A stretch of 64,000 nt of DNA from an uncultured Lamprocystis sp. (GTDB lineage Bacteria > Pseudomonadota > Gammaproteobacteria > Chromatiales > Chromatiaceae). A model generated the notes under the pieces. That model was not told the origin of the DNA. It saw nothing but the letters and a program-made list of their open reading frames with translations, and did not search any database. This document shows positions 1 to 9,668 of the stretch, piece after piece. Every line of letters starts with the position of its first letter. Position 1 is the stretch's first letter. Location: contig CAYYAY010000003.1 in the NCBI GenBank assembly GCA_964470155.1, positions 107,677-171,676 of the forward strand. The letters run 5' to 3'. A program made the position numbers and the translations under genes.

Positions 1-4
1 TCGG

Positions 5-280
5 ATGGAGGTCCCTGTGACACACCAACTGAATATCGAGTACGGCGACGATGTGCTGGTTTCGGCGGCGATGCCCAAGGACGACTTCGAGGCCGAGGCC
101 AAGTTTCTCCTGGCGGCAAAGCTGTATGAACTCGGTCGCCTGAGCTCGGGCCAGGCAGCCGGGCTGTGTGGCAAGGGCCGCGTCGATTTCCTGTTTTCGT
201 TGCCGCGCGTTGGCGTTGCTATGAGCAACCTGCGCCCGGAGGATGTGGACGTCGAATTGGGGTTTATTCGCGGTGGCTGA
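5..280 (+). CDS. UPF0175 family protein (predicted antitoxin)
   Basis: 91 aa with the family pattern LLAAKLYELGRLSSGQAAGLCGKGRVDFLFSL; its stop overlaps the start of the downstream PIN-like gene. Confidence 0.85.
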   Translation: MEVPVTHQLNIEYGDDVLVSAAMPKDDFEAEAKFLLAAKLYELGRLSSGQAAGLCGKGRVDFLFSLPRVGVAMSNLRPEDVDVELGFIRGG

Positions 281-752
281 CCTCCTGGTCATCAACACCG
301 GCCCATTGATCGCCTTCGAGCGGATGGGATGCCTTGACCTGATCGGGCGCCTCCCATTCGCGATCCTCTGTCCGACCGAAGTGCGCTGCGAGCTCGACGC
401 AGGTGAACACGCCGGTCATCCAGGGATTAGGCCCCCGTGGCTCGGCGTGCGTGGCTTGTCCTCGCCGGCGGCGGCATTCGGCCTGGTGGGGTTGGATCTC
501 GGGGAGACGGCAGTGATTCAACTCGCCCTGGAGCTTGGGTCGACGCCCGTGGCCATCGATGACTGGAAGGGACAGCGTGTGGCCCTTGCGATGGGACTGA
601 CCGTCACCGGGTCGCTTGGACTGCTGGGCAGGGCCAAGCAGCTTGGCTTGTTCTCAGCCATTCGTCCTTATGTGGAGCGCGCGACGAGTGCAGGTATCCG
701 CTATCACCCGCAACTGGTCTCTGCGGTGCTCGCGGAGTTGGGCGAGGCGTAG
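273..752 (+). CDS. DUF3368 / PIN-domain protein (predicted toxin)
   Basis: Likely GTG start at 273 (MADLLVINTGPLIAF). PIN-type motifs LDLGETAVIQLA, VAIDDWKGQRVA and TGSLGLLGRAKQLGL; standard partner of UPF0175. Confidence 0.85.
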   Translation: MADLLVINTGPLIAFERMGCLDLIGRLPFAILCPTEVRCELDAGEHAGHPGIRPPWLGVRGLSSPAAAFGLVGLDLGETAVIQLALELGSTPVAIDDWKGQRVALAMGLTVTGSLGLLGRAKQLGLFSAIRPYVERATSAGIRYHPQLVSAVLAELGEA

Positions 753-759
753 GACGGCT

Positions 760-3345
760 ATGATCCTCGATGCACTCATGAACCAACTCAGCCAGCGCTT
801 CCAGCACGAGAAGCGCGCCCAGGTGTGTCTGTGGTTCGACGAGCGCCGGGAATTCGCGCGCCTGCTGGACGCCTTCGAGGGGTATCTGGCGGCCATGGTC
901 CAGGCGCCTTTTCGCCTCCTGCGCTATGACTTGGAGCAGGGGCGCGGGCAGGTCTGGGTCAAGTACCAGATCCATCGGACCCTGGCGGCGGTCGCACCCG
1001 AGCTACGGGGGGCGCTGCGTTTCGTCGTCTATCTGCCCGTGCCGGAGGAACGCCTCGAACGGCCGGGTGCTGCCGGCGAGCCGCCGCTCGACCTACTGAC
1101 CGAATATCGGATTGGCGGGATCGACTGGCGCATCAACGGCAAGCGGCCGACCCTGTTCGGGTTGCTGCGCCAGGCGGGTGCGGCCTTGCCGTCCGGGGTG
1201 GGCGAGCAGCGGCGCCTGTACGAGGGTGGGCAGGACTCGGTGCTCGCCAAGTATGTCGGTCGCTTCGTCGACCGACCGGCCCAGTTCTGGAGCGAGACCC
1301 TCACGCCGGCGCTCGCCCAGTCGCGCCTCTTGGGCGACCTGGACCGGACACTCTTGGACCTGAGCGTCGATCCGGAATCGACCTGGAAGGGCCTGGGCGA
1401 CGATGGCTTGCAGGACGAGTTGATCGTCGCGGTTCGCGAACGCTACGGCTTTGAATATCCGATGCTCTCGCCGGACGACTGGGTTCGCGAGCTGGTTGGG
1501 GTGTTGGCCCTGACCGAGACCTACGTCGGCTACGGGGAGCCGGCGGACTTCCCCTTCATGACCCGGCTGCCGCCGCTGACCCTGCGTCCACACCAGTTGC
1601 AGTTGCTCCAGCGCTGGTTGCGCGACAGCGAGGGCCGGGGGGCCTGGGACCGCTGGATACTGGAGGTCGAGCACAAGCTGGACCTCACTGCCTGGGCGAA
1701 GGGGCGGCCGGGGTGTTCGTTCGGGTTTCCGCACCTGGTCCGACTGCGTTGGGACGAGGTGCGCCTGGCCTTCGATGCCGCGGCGTCGAAGTCGTCGGCG
1801 GTGGACCTGTTTTTCCAGGACCACGGGGACTTGATCCAGCGGGAGTGCGAATATGCCAAGGCCAGTTCCGCACCTGTCGGGGCCTGGTCGGTCTTGCGCG
1901 ATCTGGGTCTCTTTGTCGGCGCCTGTGCCCAGGCGAGGAGCCGGGCCGAGCAGGCGACCGGCAGCGCGGCGCTGGTGCGGGTCTATGTCGAGGCCGCGGA
2001 CAGCATCGAACGGCAACACGTCCGCCTGCGCGCACGGGCCGAAGAGGAGGGCCTGCCGGGCGTGACCCGGGTCCTGAATCGCTGCTACGGGGCCTATGCC
2101 AATGTTCTCAACAACCGGTTCTTCAAGAGCATTGCCGACGCGGGCTCGGTCACAATCCCCGGCATCCCGCCGATCACGGGTCGCCTGGAAAAGACCCTGT
2201 GGTCCGCGAAAGGCAAGCGCGCGGTCGTCATCGTGGATGCCCTGCGCTACGACTGCGCGCTCGCGTTGCGCGACGCACTGCGCGGGCACGAGGTCGAGGT
2301 CGAACCGGTGGTCGCGGCCCTGCCCACCGTCACTGCGGTTGGCATGACCGCCCTCCTGCCCCTGGGCAAGGCGGCGGTGACGCTGGCCTGGAAGGGCAAC
2401 ACGGTGCAACCGCTGGTCAATGGCAAGGACACCTCGGTGCGCGCCAATCGCCTGGATTGGCTCACCGCTTGTGGCGCCCAGTGTCGCGAGATCGCCGAGT
2501 TGGATGGCTACTCCGAGCCGCCCGCCGGACTGGGCGACCTGTTGGTGGTGTCAGGCCACGACGAGGTCGACAGCATCGGCCACGGGGAGGCCCAGACCCT
2601 GATCCGCCACCTGCAGATCGAGGTGGAGCGACTCGCCAGGTTGGTCCGAAAGCTCCACCGCTGGGGCTTCGAGCGGGTCCATGTGGTCACCGACCACGGC
2701 TTCATCCTGCTGGATGAGGAGCAGCTACCGGACGAGGTGCCGTGCGAGAAGGATTGGTGTCACGTCCGCAAGGAGCGTTACGCCCTGGTCCCCGCGGGGC
2801 CGGACCTGCCGCTCGCCACCTTCGCCTGCCCCTGGGACGCCAGCGTTCGCGTCGCGGTCCCACCGGGTTTGGCCTTCTTCATGGCGGAGAAGTCGTTTTC
2901 GCACGGTGGTGCCGCGGTTCAGGAACTGATCATCCCGCACCTGACCTCGAAGAGCTATCCGGTAACCGCGAAACGAATCGGGGTCGAGGTCGTGATACCG
3001 ACCACCCAGTTGGTGCGCACGGCCGTGAAGGTCATCCTGCGGCCGACGGCCGCACCGTCGGCGCACGGCCAACTGTCGCTGTTCGCTGAAACAGGCAGGA
3101 CGCTCACACTGGACGTTCGGCGCTACGGTGGGAGCGCGGCGGCGGGTACGGGCTCGGTGCTGGCATCAGGACCCAAGGAGCTACGGCTCGAAGCCCAGGA
3201 CCAGGAGCAGACCGTAACGCTGTTCTTCCACACGGCCGCATCCTTCAAACAAGGTGAACTGTTGGACCTGGATATCCGCGATAGCGAGACAACCGAACAG
3301 TTCCCCGCGGGCGGCATCAAGCTGAGCATTGGCCGGGATATGTAG
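760..3345 (+). CDS. pglZ: BREX PglZ-domain alkaline phosphatase-fold protein
   Basis: ATG at 760 just after the toxin stop. PglZ motifs VVIVDALRYD, LPTVTAVGMTALLP, VVTDHGF, FSHGG; brxL follows. Confidence 0.9.
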   Translation: MILDALMNQLSQRFQHEKRAQVCLWFDERREFARLLDAFEGYLAAMVQAPFRLLRYDLEQGRGQVWVKYQIHRTLAAVAPELRGALRFVVYLPVPEERLERPGAAGEPPLDLLTEYRIGGIDWRINGKRPTLFGLLRQAGAALPSGVGEQRRLYEGGQDSVLAKYVGRFVDRPAQFWSETLTPALAQSRLLGDLDRTLLDLSVDPESTWKGLGDDGLQDELIVAVRERYGFEYPMLSPDDWVRELVGVLALTETYVGYGEPADFPFMTRLPPLTLRPHQLQLLQRWLRDSEGRGAWDRWILEVEHKLDLTAWAKGRPGCSFGFPHLVRLRWDEVRLAFDAAASKSSAVDLFFQDHGDLIQRECEYAKASSAPVGAWSVLRDLGLFVGACAQARSRAEQATGSAALVRVYVEAADSIERQHVRLRARAEEEGLPGVTRVLNRCYGAYANVLNNRFFKSIADAGSVTIPGIPPITGRLEKTLWSAKGKRAVVIVDALRYDCALALRDALRGHEVEVEPVVAALPTVTAVGMTALLPLGKAAVTLAWKGNTVQPLVNGKDTSVRANRLDWLTACGAQCREIAELDGYSEPPAGLGDLLVVSGHDEVDSIGHGEAQTLIRHLQIEVERLARLVRKLHRWGFERVHVVTDHGFILLDEEQLPDEVPCEKDWCHVRKERYALVPAGPDLPLATFACPWDASVRVAVPPGLAFFMAEKSFSHGGAAVQELIIPHLTSKSYPVTAKRIGVEVVIPTTQLVRTAVKVILRPTAAPSAHGQLSLFAETGRTLTLDVRRYGGSAAAGTGSVLASGPKELRLEAQDQEQTVTLFFHTAASFKQGELLDLDIRDSETTEQFPAGGIKLSIGRDM

Positions 3346-3353
3346 AAACAGTA

Positions 3354-3491
3354 TTCACCACCAAGACACGAAGGCACCAAGAAGAAATTTTGGGGGAAAC
3401 TGGGATATATCATTTTTCATTCTTCGTGGTTTCGTGCCTTGGTAGTTAGCCCTCTCTTCAATTCTTGGTGTCTTGGTGTCTTGGTGGTGAA
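3354..3491. repeat. 138-bp palindromic element with iterated CACCAAGA/TCTTGGTG units
   Basis: Starts ttcaccaccaagacac and ends gtgtcttggtggtgaa (16-bp terminal inverted repeat); fills the pglZ-brxL spacer. Confidence 0.75.
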
Positions 3492-3497
3492 ACGATT

Positions 3498-5552
3498 ATG
3501 AGCGACGGCCCGCTGATGGTGGACGACCTGGATCGCCTCGCCAACGAGACCTTCCCCGGCCTGGTGGTGCGCAAAGACCTGCTGCGCCGCATGCGTAGCG
3601 CCTATGGCGTGCCGGCCTTCGTGATCGAGTTCCTGCTGGGCAAGTACTGCGCATCCACGGATGAAGAGGTTATCCAGGAGGGTCTGGAATTCGTTCGCGA
3701 AACCCTGACGGCCAAGTATGTCAAACCAGACGAACGGGAAGCGGTGAAGTCTGCCATCAAGCGCCATACGCGCTACGAGATCATCGACAAGATCTCGGTA
3801 CGGCTGGTCGAGACTCACGACAAGTACTGGGGTCGCCTGTCGAACCTCGATCTGGATTATATCAATGTCGAGGACAGTCTGGTCCACGCGCATGATCGAT
3901 TGCTGATGGGCGGCATCTGGGCGGAGATCGTGCTGCGGTACGATGACGCCTATGTCTTCAAGGGCCAGAATCGCCCGTTCTTTGTCGAGAGCCTGCGCCC
4001 CATTCAACTGTCGAACCGCAATATCGACAGCTTCATCGCGGCCCGCGGTCGCTTCTCCAGCGACCAATGGCTCGATCTCATCATGCGGTCGATGGGTTAC
4101 GAGCCCAGTCATCCCTACTACACGCGACGGCGCAAACTGCACTACATGCTGCGCCTGGTCCCGTTCGTCGAAAAGAACTTCAACCTCGTCGAGCTCGGGC
4201 CACGGGGGACCGGCAAGAGCTTCGTGTATCAACAGCTCAGCCCCTACTGCCACTTGGTCTCCGGGGGGCAGACCACGACGGCCCAGATGTTCGTCAACTT
4301 GAGCACCGGGCAGCGGGGCCTGGTGGCGCTGTGGGATGTGGTCGCGTTCGACGAGGCGGCGGGCATCCGCTTCACGGATAAGAGCGGCATCAACATCATG
4401 AAGGGGTACATGGAGGACGGCACCTTCAGCCGCGGACGCGACATCATTACCGCCGAGGGGGCAGTCGTCTTCGTGGGCAATATCGACGGCGACATCGAGA
4501 CCATCGTCCGGACCTCGAACCTCTTCTACCCCATGCCCAAGGAGATGGATACGGCCTTTTTTGACCGTATTCATGCCTATATTCCAGGTTGGGAGTTCCA
4601 GAAAACGTCGGATGCGACCTATACGGATCACTTCGGGGTTGTGACCGATTATCTCGCCGAGGTCTTTCGGGAACTGCGCAAGCGCAGCTATGCCGACTAT
4701 GCAGAGCGCGAACTGCGCTTCGGCAGCCATTTGGGCGGACGCGACCAAAAGGCCGTGCGCAAGACGGTATCAGGCCTGGTCAAGCTACTCAACCCGAACG
4801 GTGAGGCGACCAAGGAGGAGTTGACTGAGTACGTCGGTTACGCGATGGAGATGCGGCGCCGGGTCAAGGAGCAACTCAAGAAGCGGGGCGGCCTGGAGTA
4901 TTGGGATACCAGCTTCTCCTTTATCGACAAGCAGTCCGGGCGGGAGACCTTCGTGCCGCTGCCGGAAATGGGCGGCTGCACCATCATCACCGAGGACTGC
5001 TTGCCAGCCGGAAGCGTCTACACCATCGGCAGCGACACGGCCGACAATCGCCTCTCGCTGTTCTTGCTTCAAACCCAAATGAACCCTGGGTCCGGACGCA
5101 TCGTGGCGCTCGGCAACCTGTCGTCCAAGATGAAGGAGGCACTCAAGACCGCGGACGCCTATCTCAAAGCCAATCTGAAGAATCTGGGCATCGACCATGA
5201 TCTGAAGGCCTACGACTTCACGGTGCAGGCGATCAACCTGAATCAGGCGCAGGAGGGAGCCGAGACCGCCGTCGCCTTTTTCATCGCCATGGTGTCCAGC
5301 CTGCTCGATAAACCCGTACAGAGCCAGACCGTCGTGCTGGGCGAGATGAGCATCCAGGGCCTGCTGCTCAAGGTCAATGCACTGCCCGAGCGTATGCAGC
5401 TCGCGGTCGAGGCCGGCGCCAAGCGCATCCTGATCCCGAGCGAGAATAAGCGCGACCTGCCTGAGGTGCCTGACGCTATCCTAACGGCGATTCAGTGGCA
5501 GTTCTACGATTCGCCGACTAAGGCGGCGGTGTTGTCTCTTGGAATCGGGTGA
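3498..5552 (+). CDS. brxL: BREX Lon-like AAA+ protein BrxL
   Basis: ATG at 3498. GLVVRKDL N-terminus, Walker A ELGPRGTGKS, Walker B VAFDE, C-terminal Lon-like domain (GEMSIQG, ILIPSENKRDL). Confidence 0.92.
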   Translation: MSDGPLMVDDLDRLANETFPGLVVRKDLLRRMRSAYGVPAFVIEFLLGKYCASTDEEVIQEGLEFVRETLTAKYVKPDEREAVKSAIKRHTRYEIIDKISVRLVETHDKYWGRLSNLDLDYINVEDSLVHAHDRLLMGGIWAEIVLRYDDAYVFKGQNRPFFVESLRPIQLSNRNIDSFIAARGRFSSDQWLDLIMRSMGYEPSHPYYTRRRKLHYMLRLVPFVEKNFNLVELGPRGTGKSFVYQQLSPYCHLVSGGQTTTAQMFVNLSTGQRGLVALWDVVAFDEAAGIRFTDKSGINIMKGYMEDGTFSRGRDIITAEGAVVFVGNIDGDIETIVRTSNLFYPMPKEMDTAFFDRIHAYIPGWEFQKTSDATYTDHFGVVTDYLAEVFRELRKRSYADYAERELRFGSHLGGRDQKAVRKTVSGLVKLLNPNGEATKEELTEYVGYAMEMRRRVKEQLKKRGGLEYWDTSFSFIDKQSGRETFVPLPEMGGCTIITEDCLPAGSVYTIGSDTADNRLSLFLLQTQMNPGSGRIVALGNLSSKMKEALKTADAYLKANLKNLGIDHDLKAYDFTVQAINLNQAQEGAETAVAFFIAMVSSLLDKPVQSQTVVLGEMSIQGLLLKVNALPERMQLAVEAGAKRILIPSENKRDLPEVPDAILTAIQWQFYDSPTKAAVLSLGIG

Positions 5553-5607
5553 GGTCTGGACAAGTCGCATCACCCGACACTCCTGGAAAAAACCCTGAAC
5601 GATCCAC

Positions 5608-6966
5608 TCAGCCCAACACCAACTTGCGCCCAAAGGGTGCCGCGGCCTGCTCGTTGGCGACCGGCACCGCCCAGATCACCGGCCAGCGGGGGCGGAAGTC
5701 GGCGGGACCATCCAGGTCGGTCAGAAACAGGCCAATATCCGGACAATGACGGTCGGCCTCGCGCAGCAAGGGGGTGAAATCGGTGCCGCCGCCGCCATCG
5801 CAAACCAGGTCGGGCAGGCGGAAGCGGCCGGGTTCGTAGATCTCGACCCCGGTCACCCGGTCATCACCGAGAATGACGATCACCCGTGCCTCCAGGCGTC
5901 GGGTCACCGCCTGTAGCTCGCGGGCGAAGCGGTCGAGCAGCGGGGCGTCGATGGAACCCGAGAGATCCACCATGACCACCAGTCGGGCGACGGCGCGCGC
6001 GGCGACCCGTCCCGGCTCCCACGGCATGCGCCCGCGGGTACCGACGCGGCCCTGGTTCGCCAGGTAGGAACGCGATGGACGCGACCAGGACAGTCCCGGC
6101 GCCAGCGACAGGCCGCGGGTGAGATGGGTGCGCAGCAGATGCTCCCAGGGTGTCCGGACCCTCGGGAGATCCGCCAGCAGCACGCGCAGCAACGAGAAGG
6201 TGCCGTCACCGGTGTGGGCCCGCGCGAGGCGCTGGCCCCACTCCCGTGCCTCTTCCATTTCGGCCTCGGGACGGCTCTCGTCGGCACCGGGCCAGAGGTC
6301 TTCCTGGATCCGCGACGCCAGACCCCGGACCCGCGCGGCCCGTGGACCGTCGAACCGCGTCGTCCAGCGTCCCGTCGTTTCACTCTCCTGCTCTTGCTCG
6401 TGGGTGTCACTCGGACCCTGGTGCTGGGCGCCGGCACCGGCTTTGCCGGACTGGGACGGCATGCGGCTGGCGGATGGACCCGACACCTGCGGCAGGCGAC
6501 GATCGTCGATGGCGCGATAGAGCCGCTCCAGATCCCATTCCAGCAGCGATTTTTCGACCGGTTCCCGAAGGCCGAGCGCCGTGTCCAGGATGCTGTCCAG
6601 ACCGACCGCGCCCGGGGGCAGTTCCAGCCAGGTCAAATGCCCGAGCGCACTGTTGACGATGGCATCGGCACAGCAATTGAAGAGTTGCAGATCCACATCG
6701 CCCAGAAGACCACGCAATGCCACATAGCGCTGGCGGTGACGCAGTGCGACATGCAGCACCTCGTGGGCGACCAGTCCGGCCTGCTGGGTCAGCGGTAAGG
6801 TCACGAACAGCGGGCCGTAAAAGATGGCGGTGCCGTCGTTGGCGGCAGCCAGGGTATCGGGCACATCATCGCGGTCGAGGTGTTTGACCCAGAGGGCCAG
6901 ACCGCCGCTGGAGGGCGCATATTCGACCAACCGCTGAATCGCCCGGGTGCCGCGGTGGATGTGCAT
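5608..6966 (-). CDS. DUF2201-type HExxH metallopeptidase + C-terminal vWA domain protein
   Basis: AANDGTAIFYGP, VAHEVLHVALRH (HExxH), MIDAS VMVDLSGSID, GGGGTDFTP, FLTDLDG. Confidence 0.85.
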   Translation of the reverse strand: MHIHRGTRAIQRLVEYAPSSGGLALWVKHLDRDDVPDTLAAANDGTAIFYGPLFVTLPLTQQAGLVAHEVLHVALRHRQRYVALRGLLGDVDLQLFNCCADAIVNSALGHLTWLELPPGAVGLDSILDTALGLREPVEKSLLEWDLERLYRAIDDRRLPQVSGPSASRMPSQSGKAGAGAQHQGPSDTHEQEQESETTGRWTTRFDGPRAARVRGLASRIQEDLWPGADESRPEAEMEEAREWGQRLARAHTGDGTFSLLRVLLADLPRVRTPWEHLLRTHLTRGLSLAPGLSWSRPSRSYLANQGRVGTRGRMPWEPGRVAARAVARLVVMVDLSGSIDAPLLDRFARELQAVTRRLEARVIVILGDDRVTGVEIYEPGRFRLPDLVCDGGGGTDFTPLLREADRHCPDIGLFLTDLDGPADFRPRWPVIWAVPVANEQAAAPFGRKLVLG

Positions 6967-7109
6967 GAACGCCCTCTACTGGTGCTAATAATGAACTGGG
7001 AAGGCGGAAGTTTACCGTGAAAGGCGCACTATGACGCCGCTATTGCCGTCAGGAGGGGCTGCCGACCTTCGCCCGCAGTGTCGCGCCCCACTCCGCCAGG
7101 ACGCGCCAA

Positions 7110-7310
7110 GCTGTTCGAGTTGCTCATCGCCGTCCAAACGGCGCACCGGATACTGCTGCTGCTCGCCCGGCTTGAAGGTCAGGCGGCGATGGGCCTCGGT
7201 CAACAGGTCAGGCAAGCGCCCGAACAGGCTCGCACCGGTGAGACAGGCATCGCAACAGGCGGGAATGCCGCCCGCGGCCAGGCGGTCGGGGCACAATTGA
7301 CACTTGACGA
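7110..7310 (-). pseudogene. Fragment of a HybA-like 4Fe-4S dicluster protein
   Basis: Within ORF 7012..7410: KCQLCPDRLAAGGIPACCDACLTGASLFGRLPDLLTEAHRRLTFKPGEQQQYP resembles the last Fe-S cluster region of hydrogenase-2 HybA. The N-terminal clusters and Tat signal are absent; boundaries are approximate. Confidence 0.6.
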
Positions 7311-7425
7311 GTCGCCGGGGCTCGCGAGACCTTGAGACAGCGTGGTCAGCACGCAGTTTGAGTTTGCACGGGAACCGGACTTGCCAGGATGGGCGAGACC
7401 GATCGCCCATGCTTTCGAGGGAGAT

Positions 7426-8520
7426 CTAGTCGGCCAGCCCCTCGGCCTTGCGCTGCTCGCTGTAGCGCCGATACGCCGGGCTGTCGAAGATCGCCGCCTC
7501 CAGACCGGATTCCAGAGCGCGCTGAAACAGCAGCTCCATCACCAGGGTCTGGGCCTCGCGGATCGGCAGCGGGGTGGCGGCGCGGGCGTCGGGCAGTTGC
7601 TCGATGATCTCCAGTGCGCGGATAAGGGTCGCGGCGTCCTGGGTCGCCGCCAGCAGTCCGTAGATCATGCCGTACAGCGCATCGAGGCTGGTCGGCAACA
7701 GCGCCGCGGTCTCGGCCCCGGGCCGGGCGGCGAGCAGCCGCAGCACGTCGACCCCCGCCTGGATTTCACGCAGCACGCCGAAGAACTCGGCCGCGTTGGC
7801 CGCGCCGATGCGTCCCTGGACGAACACCCGCTTGGCCGGTTCCGACAGGCCGGACTTGAGCACGTTGGAGACGTCTTCCCAACCGCGCGGGCTTGCCCCC
7901 ACCAGATGATCGTTGGCGAGTTGCGCCTGGGTATCGTCGAGCTTGTCGGGCCGCACCTTGAGATAAGCCAGCACCTCCGGGGCAAACCCCCTGATCAGGG
8001 CGTGGGCCAGAAAAGCGTCGATGGCGGTCTGTACGTTGAAATGGAACATCCGGTCAGCGAGCGCCGTGCCCATATCGTGGGCGACCGCCCCGTGGAAGCT
8101 GGCGTTCCCCGCCGCGATCACCTGCCACCCATCCGGCAGGCAATAGTGACCGACGCGGCGATCCAGGATCAACGAATAGGCCGAGATCTGTAGGCGTTGA
8201 TCGGCCGCCGTCAGTTCGTCGAGAAACAGGATGCCGTCGGGCTCATCCTGCCCGGGCAGGAATTCGGGCGGAAACCACAGGGTCTTGGACTGCCGCTCGT
8301 CCACCCAGATCGCGCCGCGGATGTCCACCGGCTCGATGGTGGTGAGGCGCAAGTCCACCAGCGGCACGCCGAAGTGCGCGGCCACCTGGTGCACGATGGA
8401 CGATTTGCCCACGCCGCGGGTGCCCCACAGCATCGAGGCGCGGCGGCGCAGCAAAGGGTCGGTGTACTGCTCGATCAGCGCCTGCTTGGCTGCCGCGATG
8501 GACACTGCCGGGATATTCAT
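7426..8520 (-). CDS. MoxR/dynein-related AAA ATPase (DUF2201-vWA partner)
   Basis: Walker A GTRGVGKS, DLRLTTIEPVDIRG, Walker B ILFLDEL, sensor IAAGN, ALADRM. Confidence 0.88.
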   Translation of the reverse strand: MNIPAVSIAAAKQALIEQYTDPLLRRRASMLWGTRGVGKSSIVHQVAAHFGVPLVDLRLTTIEPVDIRGAIWVDERQSKTLWFPPEFLPGQDEPDGILFLDELTAADQRLQISAYSLILDRRVGHYCLPDGWQVIAAGNASFHGAVAHDMGTALADRMFHFNVQTAIDAFLAHALIRGFAPEVLAYLKVRPDKLDDTQAQLANDHLVGASPRGWEDVSNVLKSGLSEPAKRVFVQGRIGAANAAEFFGVLREIQAGVDVLRLLAARPGAETAALLPTSLDALYGMIYGLLAATQDAATLIRALEIIEQLPDARAATPLPIREAQTLVMELLFQRALESGLEAAIFDSPAYRRYSEQRKAEGLAD

Positions 8521-9107
8521 GGGATGGGACCGCTCCTGGTGAGATTGTTGGGCACAGCCGCGACCCCAGGACCGTTGCGGTCTTGCGCTTGGCGCGGCTG
8601 GCTTGGGGTCGGGGCAGGAACCTGGAAGCGGTCAGTAAAGAATTCAATTCGACCGCGCTGCGAACCGCGGCACGCATTGAGCACCCAACCCGTGACATCT
8701 CACGCGTTTGGCCTATCATAAGGACGGGCGGGGGGCGATCTCCGATGGTCAGCGGCGGTCCAGGCCGGCGCCACACCGTGCAACGGGGGCTCCTGGCGTC
8801 CGCACCACACGAAACGCTGTTTTAAATCGAGAGGTTGGCGGTCATGATCAAGTTACAGACATCGGCAGGGATTCGCACCAGCGCGGAGATCCGCGGCTTT
8901 CGCTCACTGCGGCACCCGGTCGGGCCGCGCCTGAGCGCGCTGGACACGGGCCGCATAATGCAAGGGCGCGCCCACCGGATGGCCCGGATGGATCACAAGT
9001 CCTGGTTCGTCGGCCTGGCCCGCTGAGCGCGTCGGTCCGTAGGGTCCGCTGTGCGGACCAGCCGCCTCGCGGACCAGCCGCCGCGGTCGCTAACCTGGCC
9101 GGGATTA

Positions 9108-9207
9108 TACGGAACGGTTTTGAGTTTTCGGTTTTTCGTTTTTAGTTAAGAACTATCAAACATTGGGTTACGAAAAACAAGAAACGAAAAACCAACAACG
9201 ACGGGTA
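9108..9207 (+). mobile_element. 100-bp MITE-like element, copy 1
   Basis: tacggaacggttttgag...caacaacgacgggta; internal inverted repeat ggtttttcgttt/aaacgaaaaacc; flanks TA / TC. Confidence 0.8.
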
Positions 9208-9253
9208 TCGGATCATTGCCCAGCCACTTAAACCGCTGACCACGCCGCGACGC

Positions 9254-9574
9254 TTAGGGACTGCTCCACATCACGTTCTCCCCCGCCGCGGCCGCGTCGC
9301 TCAATAACGCGATCAAGGGGAGCGCGCGGTTGGCCAGACTGACATGCCGCTCTTCGCCATCGTCCGCGGCACCGCCCCCGGTCTTGGGGTCGAGCGGCGT
9401 GTCCGGGTGCTCCGAGACCGCCCGACGCAGCCGTTCCAGCGCGGCCGGCACATCCGCCGCCAGCAGCGCCCCCGGCACGGTGCCGCTGTGACCCATCAGC
9501 TTGATCAGGGTTACCGCCACCTCGCCGAACATCGTGATATTGGCATGGGCCTTGGTTTCAAAGGTCACCAGCAT
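9254..9574 (-). CDS. DUF1840 family protein
   Basis: MLVTFETKAHANITMFGEVAVTLIKLMGHSGTVPGAL...VSLANRALPLIALL is the typical family pattern. Confidence 0.85.
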   Translation of the reverse strand: MLVTFETKAHANITMFGEVAVTLIKLMGHSGTVPGALLAADVPAALERLRRAVSEHPDTPLDPKTGGGAADDGEERHVSLANRALPLIALLSDAAAAGENVMWSSP

Positions 9575-9668
9575 GGAAGCCTCCCCGGGGTTGTCTCGCG
9601 CGCGACCGGCGTGGCCGCTTCGCTACTGTAGCAAAGCCGGGAGTCGGAGTTCAGAGTTCAGGGTGTTA

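Noticed and set aside
5200-5552. BrxL Lon-like domain lacks the catalytic Ser-Lys dyad (EGAETA instead of DGPSAG; ER instead of EK)
   Set aside because: A proteolytically inactive Lon-related domain is already described for BrxL; not novel.
8583-9100. Short ORFs or a riboswitch upstream of the MoxR ATPase
   Set aside because: ORFs are low-complexity with no RBS or motif support; no recognisable riboswitch consensus.
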